A stretch of DNA of 64,000 bases from Candidatus Latescibacterota bacterium (GCA_965203175.1 OZ241867.1:3552001-3616000), one strand, 5' to 3'; counted from the stretch's first letter, positions 30,143 through 40,403 are shown. The notes: a model not told the origin generated them from the sequence alone. Program-made: numbers and translations.

Positions 30143-30991
30143 ATGTATAAGATCGCGCTTGTAGTGATCGTTTTGGCCCCCTTGGGTTGCACGAATGTCA
30201 ACCAGATGTACAAGCTCTATCAGGAAGGCGACCACTCGCAGTTAGATCGGATCATGGAGATTGTCTCCCGCCAAGACTATCCCTATGCCACGCGGCGCAA
30301 GGCCGCACGCATTCTCGGCGAGATCGGCGACTCGCGCGCCGTGCCAGTGCTGAAAATGGCACTCCAAGACTACGACCAGCGCACGACGCTCAAGCAGGAC
30401 GCGCTCCGCTCACTGGGCACTATCGGCGACCAGAGTGCGGTCCCGGATATAGGAAGGCTACTCGATCGCTCGCTCAATACGGCCGACGCTGAGTTGCGGA
30501 TGGCCGCCGTTGAAGCGCTCGGGAAAATGGGGGGGACCAAGGCGGCTGAAATTCTGGTCAATGCCCTTGGCTACTACGACATACTCACCTTGCGCGCTGA
30601 GCAGCGAACCCGCCGAGGGGTGTTCACCGGTGAGGAGCGGCCCTTTCCCTACGGGCCCTATGGACAGCAATACGCCGACTCCACGGGTGGTCCACGGCGC
30701 TATCCAAATGTGGGACTGGATCCCTTTGGGGAGGGAGGTCAGCCTCGAGTGAGCATGTTCGGCACACCCATTGAGCCTACGCAGATGGAATACGATCCCA
30801 CCCCCGAGGAGCGCGCTCTAACCCATCAGGCGATTACAGCCGTGGGGACGGACGCCATTCCGGTGATTGAAAACTACCTAGATAGCCTGCGCGTAAGCCC
30901 GACCTTGCGCAAGGAACTGCTGACCATAATAAGCGAAATCACCGGTACTCCGCCGCCGGTAAAAGTCGATTCTACAGCCTCTCGCATGTAA
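30143..30991 (+). CDS. HEAT-repeat lipoprotein
   Basis: Lipobox PLGC; PBS-lyase-type repeats (AARILGEIGD, ALRSLGTIGD, AVEALGKMG). Confidence 0.8.
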   Translation: MYKIALVVIVLAPLGCTNVNQMYKLYQEGDHSQLDRIMEIVSRQDYPYATRRKAARILGEIGDSRAVPVLKMALQDYDQRTTLKQDALRSLGTIGDQSAVPDIGRLLDRSLNTADAELRMAAVEALGKMGGTKAAEILVNALGYYDILTLRAEQRTRRGVFTGEERPFPYGPYGQQYADSTGGPRRYPNVGLDPFGEGGQPRVSMFGTPIEPTQMEYDPTPEERALTHQAITAVGTDAIPVIENYLDSLRVSPTLRKELLTIISEITGTPPPVKVDSTASRM

Positions 30992-30992
30992 G

Positions 30993-31021
30993 TTGACAAG
31001 GGTACGCCCAGCGTATATTAT
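30993..31021 (+). promoter_or_regulatory. Sigma70 promoter
   Basis: TTGACA-N17-TATTAT. Confidence 0.7.
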
Positions 31022-31152
31022 AAAACGATTCCAGCCAAAAAATCACCGAAACACGCGATAGGCTTACCCCATTGGAGGCGGGAACGGGGACGCTTGGTTT
31101 GCCTACTACCCCCGGCCTAAAGGCCAAAAATAGTTCGAGGTTTTCACTTATT

Positions 31153-31923
31153 ATGGAAAGTGATATCGGCCCGATCCTCGGCGAGTGGAAATACGCTCCA
31201 GGCGAGTTGAGCGTGCGCAAGATACGAGGCGATAATGGCAGCGCAAAGCTCCAAATCCGCATGGATCTGGGCTTGATGCAGCTGGAGTGGCGGGGTCGTC
31301 CCGACGCGCTTCGTCCGCACGGCTATGTATCGCTGTTGGATTACTACTGTCACAAGCGACGCGAATGGGAAAAAGTGCACGGCCCAGATACCTTTAGCCT
31401 CTCGCACGAGGATTGTTCCGAATTGGCCCAAGAGGCCATGAAATACTACTGGCGGCGGATCGGTTTTTTTGAACTGAAGGAATACGAACGAGCCGAAGAA
31501 GACGCCACGCACAACCTCGCCATCCTCGATTTGTGCTACGAATACGCCGAAGAGGAAGAAGATCGTCAGCTAGGCGAGCAATATCGCGTCTTTGTCACGG
31601 CACATCGGGTGCAGGCGCGGGCGCTGGCTTGTCTAGAGGCTGAGAACCACGCCGAGGCCCTAGCGGAGATCCGCCGGGGTATTGCCGAGATCGAGGAATT
31701 CCTCGCCAGGATTGGTCAATTAGACCAACTCGACGAGTGCCCTGAACTGCTCTTTTTGCGCGAGTGGGAAGGCGAAGTGGAGAGCTCTCGGCCGCGCACG
31801 CTGCGCGAGCGGCTAATGGCCGATTTACAGGCCGCGGTTGAAGCAGATCGATTCGAGTTGGCCGCTTCGCTCAGGGATCGCTTGCGTTCGCTCGAGACCG
31901 AGCAAGCTAGCAGGTCGCCTTGA
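31153..31923 (+). CDS. Conserved protein with C-terminal UvrB/UvrC motif
   Basis: KLQIRMDLGLMQLE..GRPD; LQAAVEADRFELAASLRD. Confidence 0.8.
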   Translation: MESDIGPILGEWKYAPGELSVRKIRGDNGSAKLQIRMDLGLMQLEWRGRPDALRPHGYVSLLDYYCHKRREWEKVHGPDTFSLSHEDCSELAQEAMKYYWRRIGFFELKEYERAEEDATHNLAILDLCYEYAEEEEDRQLGEQYRVFVTAHRVQARALACLEAENHAEALAEIRRGIAEIEEFLARIGQLDQLDECPELLFLREWEGEVESSRPRTLRERLMADLQAAVEADRFELAASLRDRLRSLETEQASRSP

Positions 31924-33686
31924 AAGGGCACTTGCTGCCGCGGAGTGGGCCGAGGGGAGCTGTCTCCCGGCCCTTTTACTTTGCCTTGTTCGCCCTATTA
32001 AGTGCCTGCGGGCAAATGGCCCCTAAGACGACGCCTGCGGTGCCGACGGTCCAGATCATCCAAGAACAGCTACCCGTAGTCGGCGACAACTTGCTCGCTC
32101 TGCAGTTGTTTCGGCCAGGCACTGGTTCGCACTTGCTGATAGCTCTGATGGAGTGGGAAACCCCTTCGGGTGCGCAGCGCAAGGTGGAGCACCAATTACA
32201 GGTGCCACAAGGGCGTCTCGTACGCTATTCACTACCGTATCGGTTGGAAGAGGCCGGCATGCACCGCGCGTCCCTGCGGCTGTACGATCCGGAGCGCGGC
32301 ACGTCCATCCATGAGGTCGAAGAGTTGCGCCTGTTTACCCGACCCGCTTGGGAGCTTTCGGGTGATCGCTCGTATTACACCGTAGAAGATGAGATCCGCT
32401 TCCGGCTACGGCGCAATCGCCGCAGTGAGATGGCCGTCCGCGTGGCGGTCGAGTTGCGGCGCGGAGTCGAAGTCTTAGATCGCGTGGATGTAAATGTAGT
32501 TGGGCAGGATGTCTCAGGGGCCTTTGCTGCATACGATTTGCCTGAGGGACGTTATTGGCTGACGGCGCGGTGGCAAGATCCAGTCGGCGGGGCCGATTCG
32601 CTGACCGTGGCCTGCGAGAAGTTCGCACCAGCCGCGCGAGAGGTGAAAATCGACCTGTTTAGCCAGTCTCTACTCGTCGATGGCGAGCCTTTCTTTCCCA
32701 TTGGGCTGTACTGGCTGCGGGTCGAAGATCTCGGTCCGATGCGGCGTTTGCACTTCAATTCCGGGGATTACTACTACAAGCTGCGCGGGGAAGAGGTCGC
32801 CGCACTAATGGACGCGGCAGCCGCGGAGGGAATGCAGATACTCCTAGAGCTGACCGAGTACGCCCGGGGGAAGCCCGAGCCGAATTATCGGGCCATTGCC
32901 GCCTTAGTCAAACGCTATCGCCAGCATCCGGCGCTCTTGGCGTGGTATCTGGTTGACGAGCCGGACGAGACCAAAATGGCCCCTGCGGCTGCCTTGGCGA
33001 TATACGAGCTAATTCGGGAACTCGATCCATATCATCCAGTCTATTTAGTCAACAACCGGCCGCACACGTACGCCGCATACTCGGACGCCAGCGATATTCT
33101 GGCCATAGATGTCTATCCGATTCCGAATTATCCCATCACTCAGGTGGGCGACTACATGCAGCGGGCGCGCTGGACCTCGCTGGAGCGCAAGCCAGTCTGG
33201 TTTATCGCCCAGGCCTTTGGCGGCGTAGAGCACTGGGCGCGCTCGCCGACGGCGGCCGAGTTGCGGAACATGGTCTATCAAGGGCTGGTCGAAGGGGCCA
33301 AGGGGGTGTTGTTTTACCGCTATTGCCAAGAAAACGAACGCCACATCCAGCCCTTGGCCTTGTGGCGAGAAGTACAGCGCCTCGCGGCCGAGCTTGCCGA
33401 ATTAGGTCCAGTGCTTTTGCAGGAGGAGCACAGTTTGGCGGCACAACCGACCCATGCCGAGATTAAAGTGGCGGTTAAAGAATACAAACGCGATTTTTAC
33501 GTGTTTGCCGTCAATGTCGCTGAAGATCCGCGGCGGCTCGATTTGCGCCTAGAAGGCTTGCCGCCCATGGGGCGGGCCGAAGCGCTCCACGGGCAGGCGG
33601 TACCAACGCTGGTCAACGGGCGGCTGGCCGCGGAGTTAGATCCGTTGGCCGCGGCGGTTTTCCGCTTGCAGGCAGCGGGCATTTGA
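31920..33686 (+). CDS. Putative glycoside-hydrolase-like lipoprotein
   Basis: Lipobox LSAC; VDGEPFFPIGLY, LLAWYLVDEP, DVYP. Confidence 0.6.
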   Translation: MKGHLLPRSGPRGAVSRPFYFALFALLSACGQMAPKTTPAVPTVQIIQEQLPVVGDNLLALQLFRPGTGSHLLIALMEWETPSGAQRKVEHQLQVPQGRLVRYSLPYRLEEAGMHRASLRLYDPERGTSIHEVEELRLFTRPAWELSGDRSYYTVEDEIRFRLRRNRRSEMAVRVAVELRRGVEVLDRVDVNVVGQDVSGAFAAYDLPEGRYWLTARWQDPVGGADSLTVACEKFAPAAREVKIDLFSQSLLVDGEPFFPIGLYWLRVEDLGPMRRLHFNSGDYYYKLRGEEVAALMDAAAAEGMQILLELTEYARGKPEPNYRAIAALVKRYRQHPALLAWYLVDEPDETKMAPAAALAIYELIRELDPYHPVYLVNNRPHTYAAYSDASDILAIDVYPIPNYPITQVGDYMQRARWTSLERKPVWFIAQAFGGVEHWARSPTAAELRNMVYQGLVEGAKGVLFYRYCQENERHIQPLALWREVQRLAAELAELGPVLLQEEHSLAAQPTHAEIKVAVKEYKRDFYVFAVNVAEDPRRLDLRLEGLPPMGRAEALHGQAVPTLVNGRLAAELDPLAAAVFRLQAAGI

Positions 33687-33730
33687 GCGGGTAATCCACT
33701 GGCTTTGAGCCAGTTAAAGGGGAGAAAACT

Positions 33731-34219
33731 ATGGCCAAAAAGGTGGCCCTCAACAAGCGAGATCGAGAAAGAATAAAGAAGAGGCTCTTGGTGCGCCGCG
33801 CTGAATTGCTCAGCGATCTGGACGGCACCGAGCACGAAATCGACGAGCTGCAAGACCCCAAGGCCGACGATCTCGACCGAGCGGTCGAGGCCGGGGCCAT
33901 GGAGCTTTTGGTGGCGCTGGGTGATACTGAGCGCCGCGAGTTGGAAGAGGTCATTCTGGCGCTCGAGAAGTTAGAAGGTACGACGTATGGCAAGTGCGAA
34001 GCCTGCCTTGAAAAGCCTTTAAACCTGTGCGCGACCTGTCCGTTTATTCCCAAGCCGCGCTTGGACGCCCTGCCCACGGCGCGGCTGTGCGTGTCCTGTC
34101 AGGAGGCCGAGGAGCAGAACCAGATTCCGTCCTATACCCGGCTGCGCCCACGGCGGATGTTTGGCGAGGACATGGAGGAATTTTCGCATCCCCTGATGGA
34201 TTCAGAAGACGACAAATAA
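33731..34219 (+). CDS. TraR/DksA C4 zinc-finger protein
   Basis: DDLDRA tip motif, YGKCEAC ... RLDALPTARLCVSC. Confidence 0.85.
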   Translation: MAKKVALNKRDRERIKKRLLVRRAELLSDLDGTEHEIDELQDPKADDLDRAVEAGAMELLVALGDTERRELEEVILALEKLEGTTYGKCEACLEKPLNLCATCPFIPKPRLDALPTARLCVSCQEAEEQNQIPSYTRLRPRRMFGEDMEEFSHPLMDSEDDK

Positions 34220-34251
34220 GCGCTTAATCCGCGCGTTATTCGAGCCGCGCT

Positions 34252-34294
34252 AAAGGGCGGCCCAAGCTGGTGTTGAGCAACTTGGGCCGCCTTT
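34252..34294. terminator. Bidirectional intrinsic terminator
   Basis: GGCGGCCCAAG / CTTGGGCCGCC stem between convergent genes. Confidence 0.7.
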
Positions 34295-34317
34295 GTGTTG
34301 AGATTGGGATTGGGAGG

Positions 34318-35757
34318 CTAAGGAGCCAGTTCTTTGAGCTCAGCCATGGTGGCGAGCCGCACGTTTTTGAGCTGGCGTTGGTAGCCTATGACCGCGGCTA
34401 AAGCATTGATCCGGGCCTGCGTCAAATTGCCTTGGGCCTGGAGCAATTGCTGGCTGTCGGCCAAGCCGAGTTCAAAGCGGCTCTGCTCGACATCGTAAGT
34501 GCGCTGGGCAAATTCGAGGGCGGCTTGGCGCAGGTCGATCTGGCGCTCGGCCTCGTGGACGCGGCGCGTGGCGTCGCGAACTTGCTGGATGATTTGGCGT
34601 CGCTGCTGCTCGCGTCCGAGGCGACTTTGCTTCAAGGCGATGCGCGCTTGGCTGACGCTGGCTTTCCGTCGGCCGTTGTCGATCAGCGGCAGGGTTATCC
34701 GTAGGTCAACTCCCCACTGATTGCGCTCGAAATTATCGCTGACGTCGCCGATTTCGCTGCCGTGCCCCCGCATGCTGACATTGGCGCCGAAAGTCGCGTT
34801 GATGCCGTTGCGGCGGCGGGTGTCTTCTAGCTCCAACGCACGAATTTCCTCGAAAATCTCAGCTTGTTTCATGTCGGTGCGGCGCGCCAAGCCGATTTCG
34901 AGGGCGCGTTGGGCGTCAATGGGGTAAATCTCGTACTGGACCTCGGTGTCGATTTCGAGTGGTGCCGACATAGCGAGCCCGAGAGTTTCGCGGAGCAGGT
35001 CGCGGCGCGATTCGATGTTGGTTTGGGCTTGATCGTATGTGGCTTCGGCTTGTAGCATCTCCACCTGTAGGCGCAGGGCTTCTACTTCGGCGATGAGGCC
35101 GACCTCAAATTTTCGCTGGGCCAGTTCCAAATTGGCGCGCGACTGGGCTAAGCGCTGGTCCTCTATTTCGAGTTCGCGGACGCTTTGCACTAAACCGTAG
35201 TAATCGTCGATGACTTGGCCCTCTAGCTGGAGCCGCTGGCGGTCGAAGTTGAGGCGGGCACTTTGCAGGCTGTACTCAGCACCCTTGAGTTGGATTTCCT
35301 CGCTGGGCTGGCCGAGTAAATCTCGCTCGAAAAAAAGGCGCGTCGAACCCGAATAATCGAGGAAGTCGGCGCGGCGATTGGATGAGAAGTCGCGGCGCAG
35401 GGCTGTGGTGTTCAGCGTGAATTGGCCGAGGTGGCGCAGGCGCTGGGTCATGCTCAGGCTGCCCCTGTAAAAGACATCAGAACTCTCTTCACGGACTCGG
35501 GTTTCGAGGGCGATGTTTTCTTGGGTATCGCTCAGCCCAGTGAAGCTAGGGGAGGTGACGTCGGCGTTCATGCGAAAGGCAAAGGGTGCCCGTGCTATCG
35601 CTAGTTGAGCTTGGTTGTTGGCTAGGGTTTGTTGGTCCCTTTGATGTTGCAAGTTGTTTTGCATGGCCAAGTCGATGCACTCTTGCAGCGAGAGTACCGC
35701 GGCTGTGGAGCCGGTGGAGGCGATTAACAAACCGACTAGTGCCCATTGGTATTTCAT
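34318..35757 (-). CDS. TolC family outer membrane protein
   Basis: Signal peptide, LSLQECIDLAMQNN, two OEP repeats (KFEVG, RFELG). Confidence 0.88.
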   Translation of the reverse strand: MKYQWALVGLLIASTGSTAAVLSLQECIDLAMQNNLQHQRDQQTLANNQAQLAIARAPFAFRMNADVTSPSFTGLSDTQENIALETRVREESSDVFYRGSLSMTQRLRHLGQFTLNTTALRRDFSSNRRADFLDYSGSTRLFFERDLLGQPSEEIQLKGAEYSLQSARLNFDRQRLQLEGQVIDDYYGLVQSVRELEIEDQRLAQSRANLELAQRKFEVGLIAEVEALRLQVEMLQAEATYDQAQTNIESRRDLLRETLGLAMSAPLEIDTEVQYEIYPIDAQRALEIGLARRTDMKQAEIFEEIRALELEDTRRRNGINATFGANVSMRGHGSEIGDVSDNFERNQWGVDLRITLPLIDNGRRKASVSQARIALKQSRLGREQQRRQIIQQVRDATRRVHEAERQIDLRQAALEFAQRTYDVEQSRFELGLADSQQLLQAQGNLTQARINALAAVIGYQRQLKNVRLATMAELKELAP

Positions 35758-35932
35758 CACAGAGTCCCTTCTTATTGGATGGCGAGCGAGATGCAGCAGT
35801 TGCTTGTAATTATACGATACGCGTTTTACTATCGCCAACCGCACCGCGCCGCGGTTGTGGCAATTTTTCGCGGCGGGTTTTATGTTTAATTGCTTGAACT
35901 TACGCCTATCACAAATCTAAGGGAGTGATACC

Positions 35933-36685
35933 ATGACCGCCCTCACTGCACCGCAAGTACTAGCGTACGAAAAAACCGCCGCCGACCTCGCGGTCAAAAT
36001 CTTCGCCGATGGAGCCGACCGCGAGAGCATGCTGACGAGTTATGCCAACCCGCTAGTTTCCGGATTTACGACCAATCCCACCTTGATGCGCCAAGCGGGC
36101 GTCACCAACTACCGGGCCTTTGCCCACGACATTGTCGCGGCCATTCCCGACCGCCACATTTCTTTTGAGGTCTTTTCAGACGAGTTCGACGATATGGAGC
36201 GCCAAGCCCGCGAGATCGCCACTTGGGGTGAAAACGTGTACGCCAAAATCCCCGTTAGCAACACCAAAGGCGAGGTCAGCTACGACTTGGTCCATCGGCT
36301 GTCTCACGCCGGGGTCAAGGTCAACGTCACGGCGATCTTTTTGCTCGACCAAGTGCGAGAAGTGGCGGCCGCGGTCGAGGGCGGGGCACCGTGCTGCGTG
36401 TCGGTCTTTGCCGGCCGCATCGCCGACGCCGGGCTAGACTACATGCCGGTCATGGCCGAGTCGGTCGAGCTGCTCGCGTCCAATCCCCAAGCCGAACTCA
36501 TCTGGGCCAGCCCCCGCGAAGTGTACAATGTCGTCCAAGCCGACAGCATCGGCTGCCACATCATCACCTGCACCAGCGACATCATCAAGAAGCTGCCGAC
36601 CTTGGGCAAGGAAATGGGGCAGTTCTCGCTGGAGACCGTCCAGATCTTTTACGCGGATGCCACTGCCGCCGGCTACAGCCTGTAA
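35933..36685 (+). CDS. tal: Transaldolase (short type)
   Basis: GFTTNPTL, SFEV, YAKIP, NVTAIF, SVFAGRIAD, WASPR. Confidence 0.88.
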   Translation: MTALTAPQVLAYEKTAADLAVKIFADGADRESMLTSYANPLVSGFTTNPTLMRQAGVTNYRAFAHDIVAAIPDRHISFEVFSDEFDDMERQAREIATWGENVYAKIPVSNTKGEVSYDLVHRLSHAGVKVNVTAIFLLDQVREVAAAVEGGAPCCVSVFAGRIADAGLDYMPVMAESVELLASNPQAELIWASPREVYNVVQADSIGCHIITCTSDIIKKLPTLGKEMGQFSLETVQIFYADATAAGYSL

Positions 36686-36694
36686 GCGCGGCGG

Positions 36695-37279
36695 ATGAGT
36701 TATACCCAACAGTACTTGGCCGCGGCGGCTCAAGTCATCGAGCAGCTAGATCGCAATGCGATTGAAGCGATAGTCCAGCTCGTCGTCGAGACCCGTCGGC
36801 GTGACGGGCGGCTCTTTGTCCTTGGCGTGGGAGGCAGCGCGGGCAATGCGAGCCACGCGGTCAACGACTTTCGCAAGATCGCTGGTATTGAGTCCTACGC
36901 ACCTACGGACAACGTCTCGGAACTGACGGCGCGCATCAACGACGAGGGCTGGGATACGGCCTTTGCCAAGTGGCTGGAGGGTAGCCGTTTAAACGAAAAG
37001 GATCTGATCTTGATCTTGTCCGTCGGCGGTGGCAATCGCCCGCTGAATACAAGTGTCAACTTGGTTGTAGCACTGGAGTACGCCAAAGAGGTCGGAGCCA
37101 AAATCTGCGGCATCGTGGGGCGGGATGGCGGCTTTACAGCCCAAGTCGCCGATGCCTGCGCGATTGTGCCGACGGTCGCGCCGAATGCAGTCACGCCACT
37201 GACGGAATCCTTCCAAGCCGTTATATGGCACTTAATTGTCTCGCACCCCGAAGTACAAGTAGAGCGCACTAGGTGGTAA
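36695..37279 (+). CDS. SIS-domain phosphoheptose isomerase (GmhA-like)
   Basis: GVGGSAGNASH, TARIND, GRDGG, ESFQ..WH. Confidence 0.85.
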   Translation: MSYTQQYLAAAAQVIEQLDRNAIEAIVQLVVETRRRDGRLFVLGVGGSAGNASHAVNDFRKIAGIESYAPTDNVSELTARINDEGWDTAFAKWLEGSRLNEKDLILILSVGGGNRPLNTSVNLVVALEYAKEVGAKICGIVGRDGGFTAQVADACAIVPTVAPNAVTPLTESFQAVIWHLIVSHPEVQVERTRW

Positions 37280-37313
37280 ATCCGCTCGCGCCATTCACAA
37301 CGAAAGGTTGAAC

Positions 37314-38366
37314 ATGTCTGCGGTCCCCCGAGACCTGCGCCAGTTTTTGCACCGCTACATTCCAGACCTAGAAGAGGAGATGTTTTCGTTCCTCGTGATG
37401 CGCGAACCCGAGGACTTTCTATATCGGCTGATGCGCGACTACCCGGAGCGCGGCGGCAAGCGATTCCGTCCGGTGTTGGTGCTCTTGGCATGCCAAGCTT
37501 GCGGCGGCGACGTGAAAAAAGCCATGCGGACTGCGGTGGCCTTTGAGATGTTCCAGTCGTTTGCCGTGGTCCACGACGATATTGAAGACGATTCAGAGAT
37601 GCGGCGCGGCAAGCCCTGCTTGCACAAGCTGCACGGAGTCCCATTGACCATTAACGTCGGCGATGCCCTGTACGCCAAGGTCTTTGAGATCCTCAACGCG
37701 AACCGCGAGGTGTTGGGGGCGGATGTCGCGCTCGATTTGATCGACGAGATGATCCGCGGCTCGTGCGAGACGTTTGAGGGGCAGGCATACGACGTGGGCT
37801 GGATTCGCCAGCGCTATATTCCCAGCGAGGTCGAGTTTATGACCATGTTGCGCAAAAAGACTGGGTGGTACACGGGCCGGGGACCGTGTACGGCCGGGGC
37901 GATTATCGCGGGGGCCGATATGGAGTTGCGAACTTGTATCGGCGACTTCGGCGAGTCCATGGCCATTGCGTTCCAGCTTCGCGACGACCTACTGAACTTG
38001 AGCTCTTCCGAACAAGACGCTGGCTCTGCGCCCGGGGTTACTTCCGGGGCCTACGGCAAGGAGCGGGGTGGGGATATTGCGGAAGGGAAGCGAACCTTAA
38101 TTATCATCGACCTATTGGGCAAATGCACGGCTGAGGAACACGAGGAAGTGCTGGCGATCTTGCACCAGGAGCGGTGCCGCAACACGGCCGCTGAGATCGA
38201 GCGAGTCATCGCCTTGGTGGAACACTACGAATGCGACCGCTACGTCGAGCGCGTGTGCCAGCAGAAGGTCGAAGAGAGCTTGACGCACCTAGAAAAACTC
38301 CCGGCCAATCCTTCGCGCGATATGCTGGGAGAAATGCTGGACTTTCTGGTCCAGCGCGCCTTTTAG
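37314..38366 (+). CDS. Polyprenyl diphosphate synthase (GGPP-synthase-like)
   Basis: GGKRFRP, HDDIED..RRG, GQ..D, KKT, FQLRDD, DIAEGK. Confidence 0.9.
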   Translation: MSAVPRDLRQFLHRYIPDLEEEMFSFLVMREPEDFLYRLMRDYPERGGKRFRPVLVLLACQACGGDVKKAMRTAVAFEMFQSFAVVHDDIEDDSEMRRGKPCLHKLHGVPLTINVGDALYAKVFEILNANREVLGADVALDLIDEMIRGSCETFEGQAYDVGWIRQRYIPSEVEFMTMLRKKTGWYTGRGPCTAGAIIAGADMELRTCIGDFGESMAIAFQLRDDLLNLSSSEQDAGSAPGVTSGAYGKERGGDIAEGKRTLIIIDLLGKCTAEEHEEVLAILHQERCRNTAAEIERVIALVEHYECDRYVERVCQQKVEESLTHLEKLPANPSRDMLGEMLDFLVQRAF

Positions 38367-39418
38367 TCCACTACTGGATTTTCCAAATAAGCCAAAAGCA
38401 ACCGCGCTGTGTTGACGATGCCGTCCCACGCGCAGATTTCGTACCCGTGCGTGTTGTCGCCTGGGTAGCCAATCAGCGCCGCGCGCGCAATAGCGCCGGA
38501 CGTTTTGGCAATTGACGAGTCGCTGGAATACGAAGTGAGAACGGCCGTTTGGATGCCGAACCCGCAGGCGGAGGATAGGGCGTCAAAGCGCTCGATGATG
38601 CGCGCGTCGTACAGGCCGCGACTGTCCCGGACGCCGATGATGGGATAGCCGCTGTTGGCCGTGCCGTATTCGGCTGCCACGGGCGCGATGTCAACGGCAA
38701 CGGCTGTGTCAACCGGCAGCCGCCCGAGCGCGTAGATCGCGCCGTGACCACCGATTTCCTCGCTGGAACTGGCCACGAGATATACGTCTTGGGCCGGTCG
38801 ATTCTCCCGCAAGTGCAGGCCCACTTCGAGCATGGCCGCCAAGCCGGCGCGACAATCGAGATTGTAGCCACAGACGCAATCGCCCAAACGCCAGAGCGTC
38901 TTGTGTTTGCTGGCGATGACAACTCGAGTACCGGCGCGGATCCCGCGCTGGGCTAGCTCTTCGGCTGCGAGCCTCGTTTCAATCCACATCTGTTCCCACT
39001 TGAGGGGTTGGCCGTCTTTGAGCCGCCCCGCCGGGCTCTCTGTGGAGACGTGTTTGGCGCCGGTGGAAAGCACGCCTGGACAGAGGCCGTCCCGCGTCAT
39101 GATTTCCACTGGACTTTCACCTAGTGCCCAGGGGTGCAAACCGCCCAAGGGCTGTACCCTGATTTTGCCGTCGGATTCAACGCGCTTGACGACGAGGGCG
39201 ATCTCGTCCTTGTGGGCGACGGCTGCTACGGGCTGATCTTGGCTTTGGCCCTTGATGTGTATGATGATGTTGTCGGCCGCATCTTGCCAGACGGCGTCGC
39301 CGATAGGGGCAGCGAGCTCGTTGACGAGGGCGTCCATAGCGGATTCCGCGCCCGAGGGTGCGTGCGCGGCGAGCAGTTGCTCGACAAGGCCGTAGAGGCG
39401 TTGGGCATCAATAGTCAT
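38363..39418 (-). CDS. M42 family metallopeptidase
   Basis: PSGAE, AHKDEI, NLD, SEEIG, AVD, HGYE. Confidence 0.85.
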   Translation of the reverse strand: MTIDAQRLYGLVEQLLAAHAPSGAESAMDALVNELAAPIGDAVWQDAADNIIIHIKGQSQDQPVAAVAHKDEIALVVKRVESDGKIRVQPLGGLHPWALGESPVEIMTRDGLCPGVLSTGAKHVSTESPAGRLKDGQPLKWEQMWIETRLAAEELAQRGIRAGTRVVIASKHKTLWRLGDCVCGYNLDCRAGLAAMLEVGLHLRENRPAQDVYLVASSSEEIGGHGAIYALGRLPVDTAVAVDIAPVAAEYGTANSGYPIIGVRDSRGLYDARIIERFDALSSACGFGIQTAVLTSYSSDSSIAKTSGAIARAALIGYPGDNTHGYEICAWDGIVNTARLLLAYLENPVVD

Positions 39419-39464
39419 GGCGTGCTCCTAATTGCAGGTGAGCGAAAATAATTAGGAGCACGCC
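39419..39464 (-). promoter_or_regulatory. Perfect 15-bp stem-loop covering the SD of the M42 gene
   Basis: GGCGTGCTCCTAATT (39419-39433) / AATTAGGAGCACGCC (39450-39464) directly abutting the ATG. Confidence 0.7.
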
Positions 39465-39506
39465 GCTGGGCAATGACAACGCCTCTACGGGAAGCTGGCA
39501 AAGGGG

Positions 39507-40115
39507 TTAGGCTGGCGTGGCGAGCGATCCAATCACTTCTTCAGCTAGCCCACGCAAGGTCTTTTGCAGCCGGAGGCGGCCCCGGTTGACGCGCGATTTG
39601 ACCGTGCCGACGGGACAGTTGATGATCTTGGCGATTTCCTCGTACGAGAGCCCGTTCATATCGCGGAGGAGCACGGCGGCGCGAAATTCTGTGGGCAGAT
39701 CCTCAATGGCATGGACGACGAGGGACTTGACGCGGTTGCCGTCGGCCTGTTCGCCGGGGAGGGGATCCTTGGCGGCTGGCTCGTAAAAGACGGTGGTCTG
39801 TTCGTCGTCACTGGGGCTGATGGGAATCCAATGCCAGCGCTTGCGGCGGCGCAATTCGGTCTTGGCCAGGTTGCCGGCAATGGTGTAGAGCCAAGTGGAA
39901 ACCTGTTCGATGGCTGGGTACTGGTGGCTGTGGCGCAGGCAGCGGAGAAAGGTCTCTTGGACTATATCCTCGGCCGTTTCCCTGTCGCCGACAAAGCGAT
40001 AGACAAAGTTGTACAAGGGGGTGCGGTAGCGTTTGACCAGCACACTGAGATGGCCTTGGTCTTCAGCGGCCCGCAGCAAAATTTCCCTATCCGTGAGTTC
40101 ATTTGTCGCTACCAT
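39507..40115 (-). CDS. ECF sigma-70 factor
   Basis: AEDIVQETF, STWLYTIAGN, LSYEEIA...GTVKSRVNRGR. Confidence 0.92.
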   Translation of the reverse strand: MVATNELTDREILLRAAEDQGHLSVLVKRYRTPLYNFVYRFVGDRETAEDIVQETFLRCLRHSHQYPAIEQVSTWLYTIAGNLAKTELRRRKRWHWIPISPSDDEQTTVFYEPAAKDPLPGEQADGNRVKSLVVHAIEDLPTEFRAAVLLRDMNGLSYEEIAKIINCPVGTVKSRVNRGRLRLQKTLRGLAEEVIGSLATPA

Positions 40116-40403
40116 GGTTACCGCTCCTTTCTCGTGCTGTGAGTCGCTCGCTGAGGGCAAGGCGACGCAATTTAAGCGATTATCGTTGTGGCTAGTAATA
40201 GCAAAAATCGTGCCATCCTTCACTAAGGGAAAAAAGCGCGCCTTATCGCCCGTTTTTAGGGATAATTGGCGACAAAAAGCCGAATGTAGCACTCAGATAT
40301 TTGAGTATCCTCAGATTTCTGAGGTGCATCTTTTGACAGGTATAGGGGCAAACGGTAGATTTCGCACCGGTAAATTCGCCCGCGTAATTGCTGAAAATGG
40401 AGT

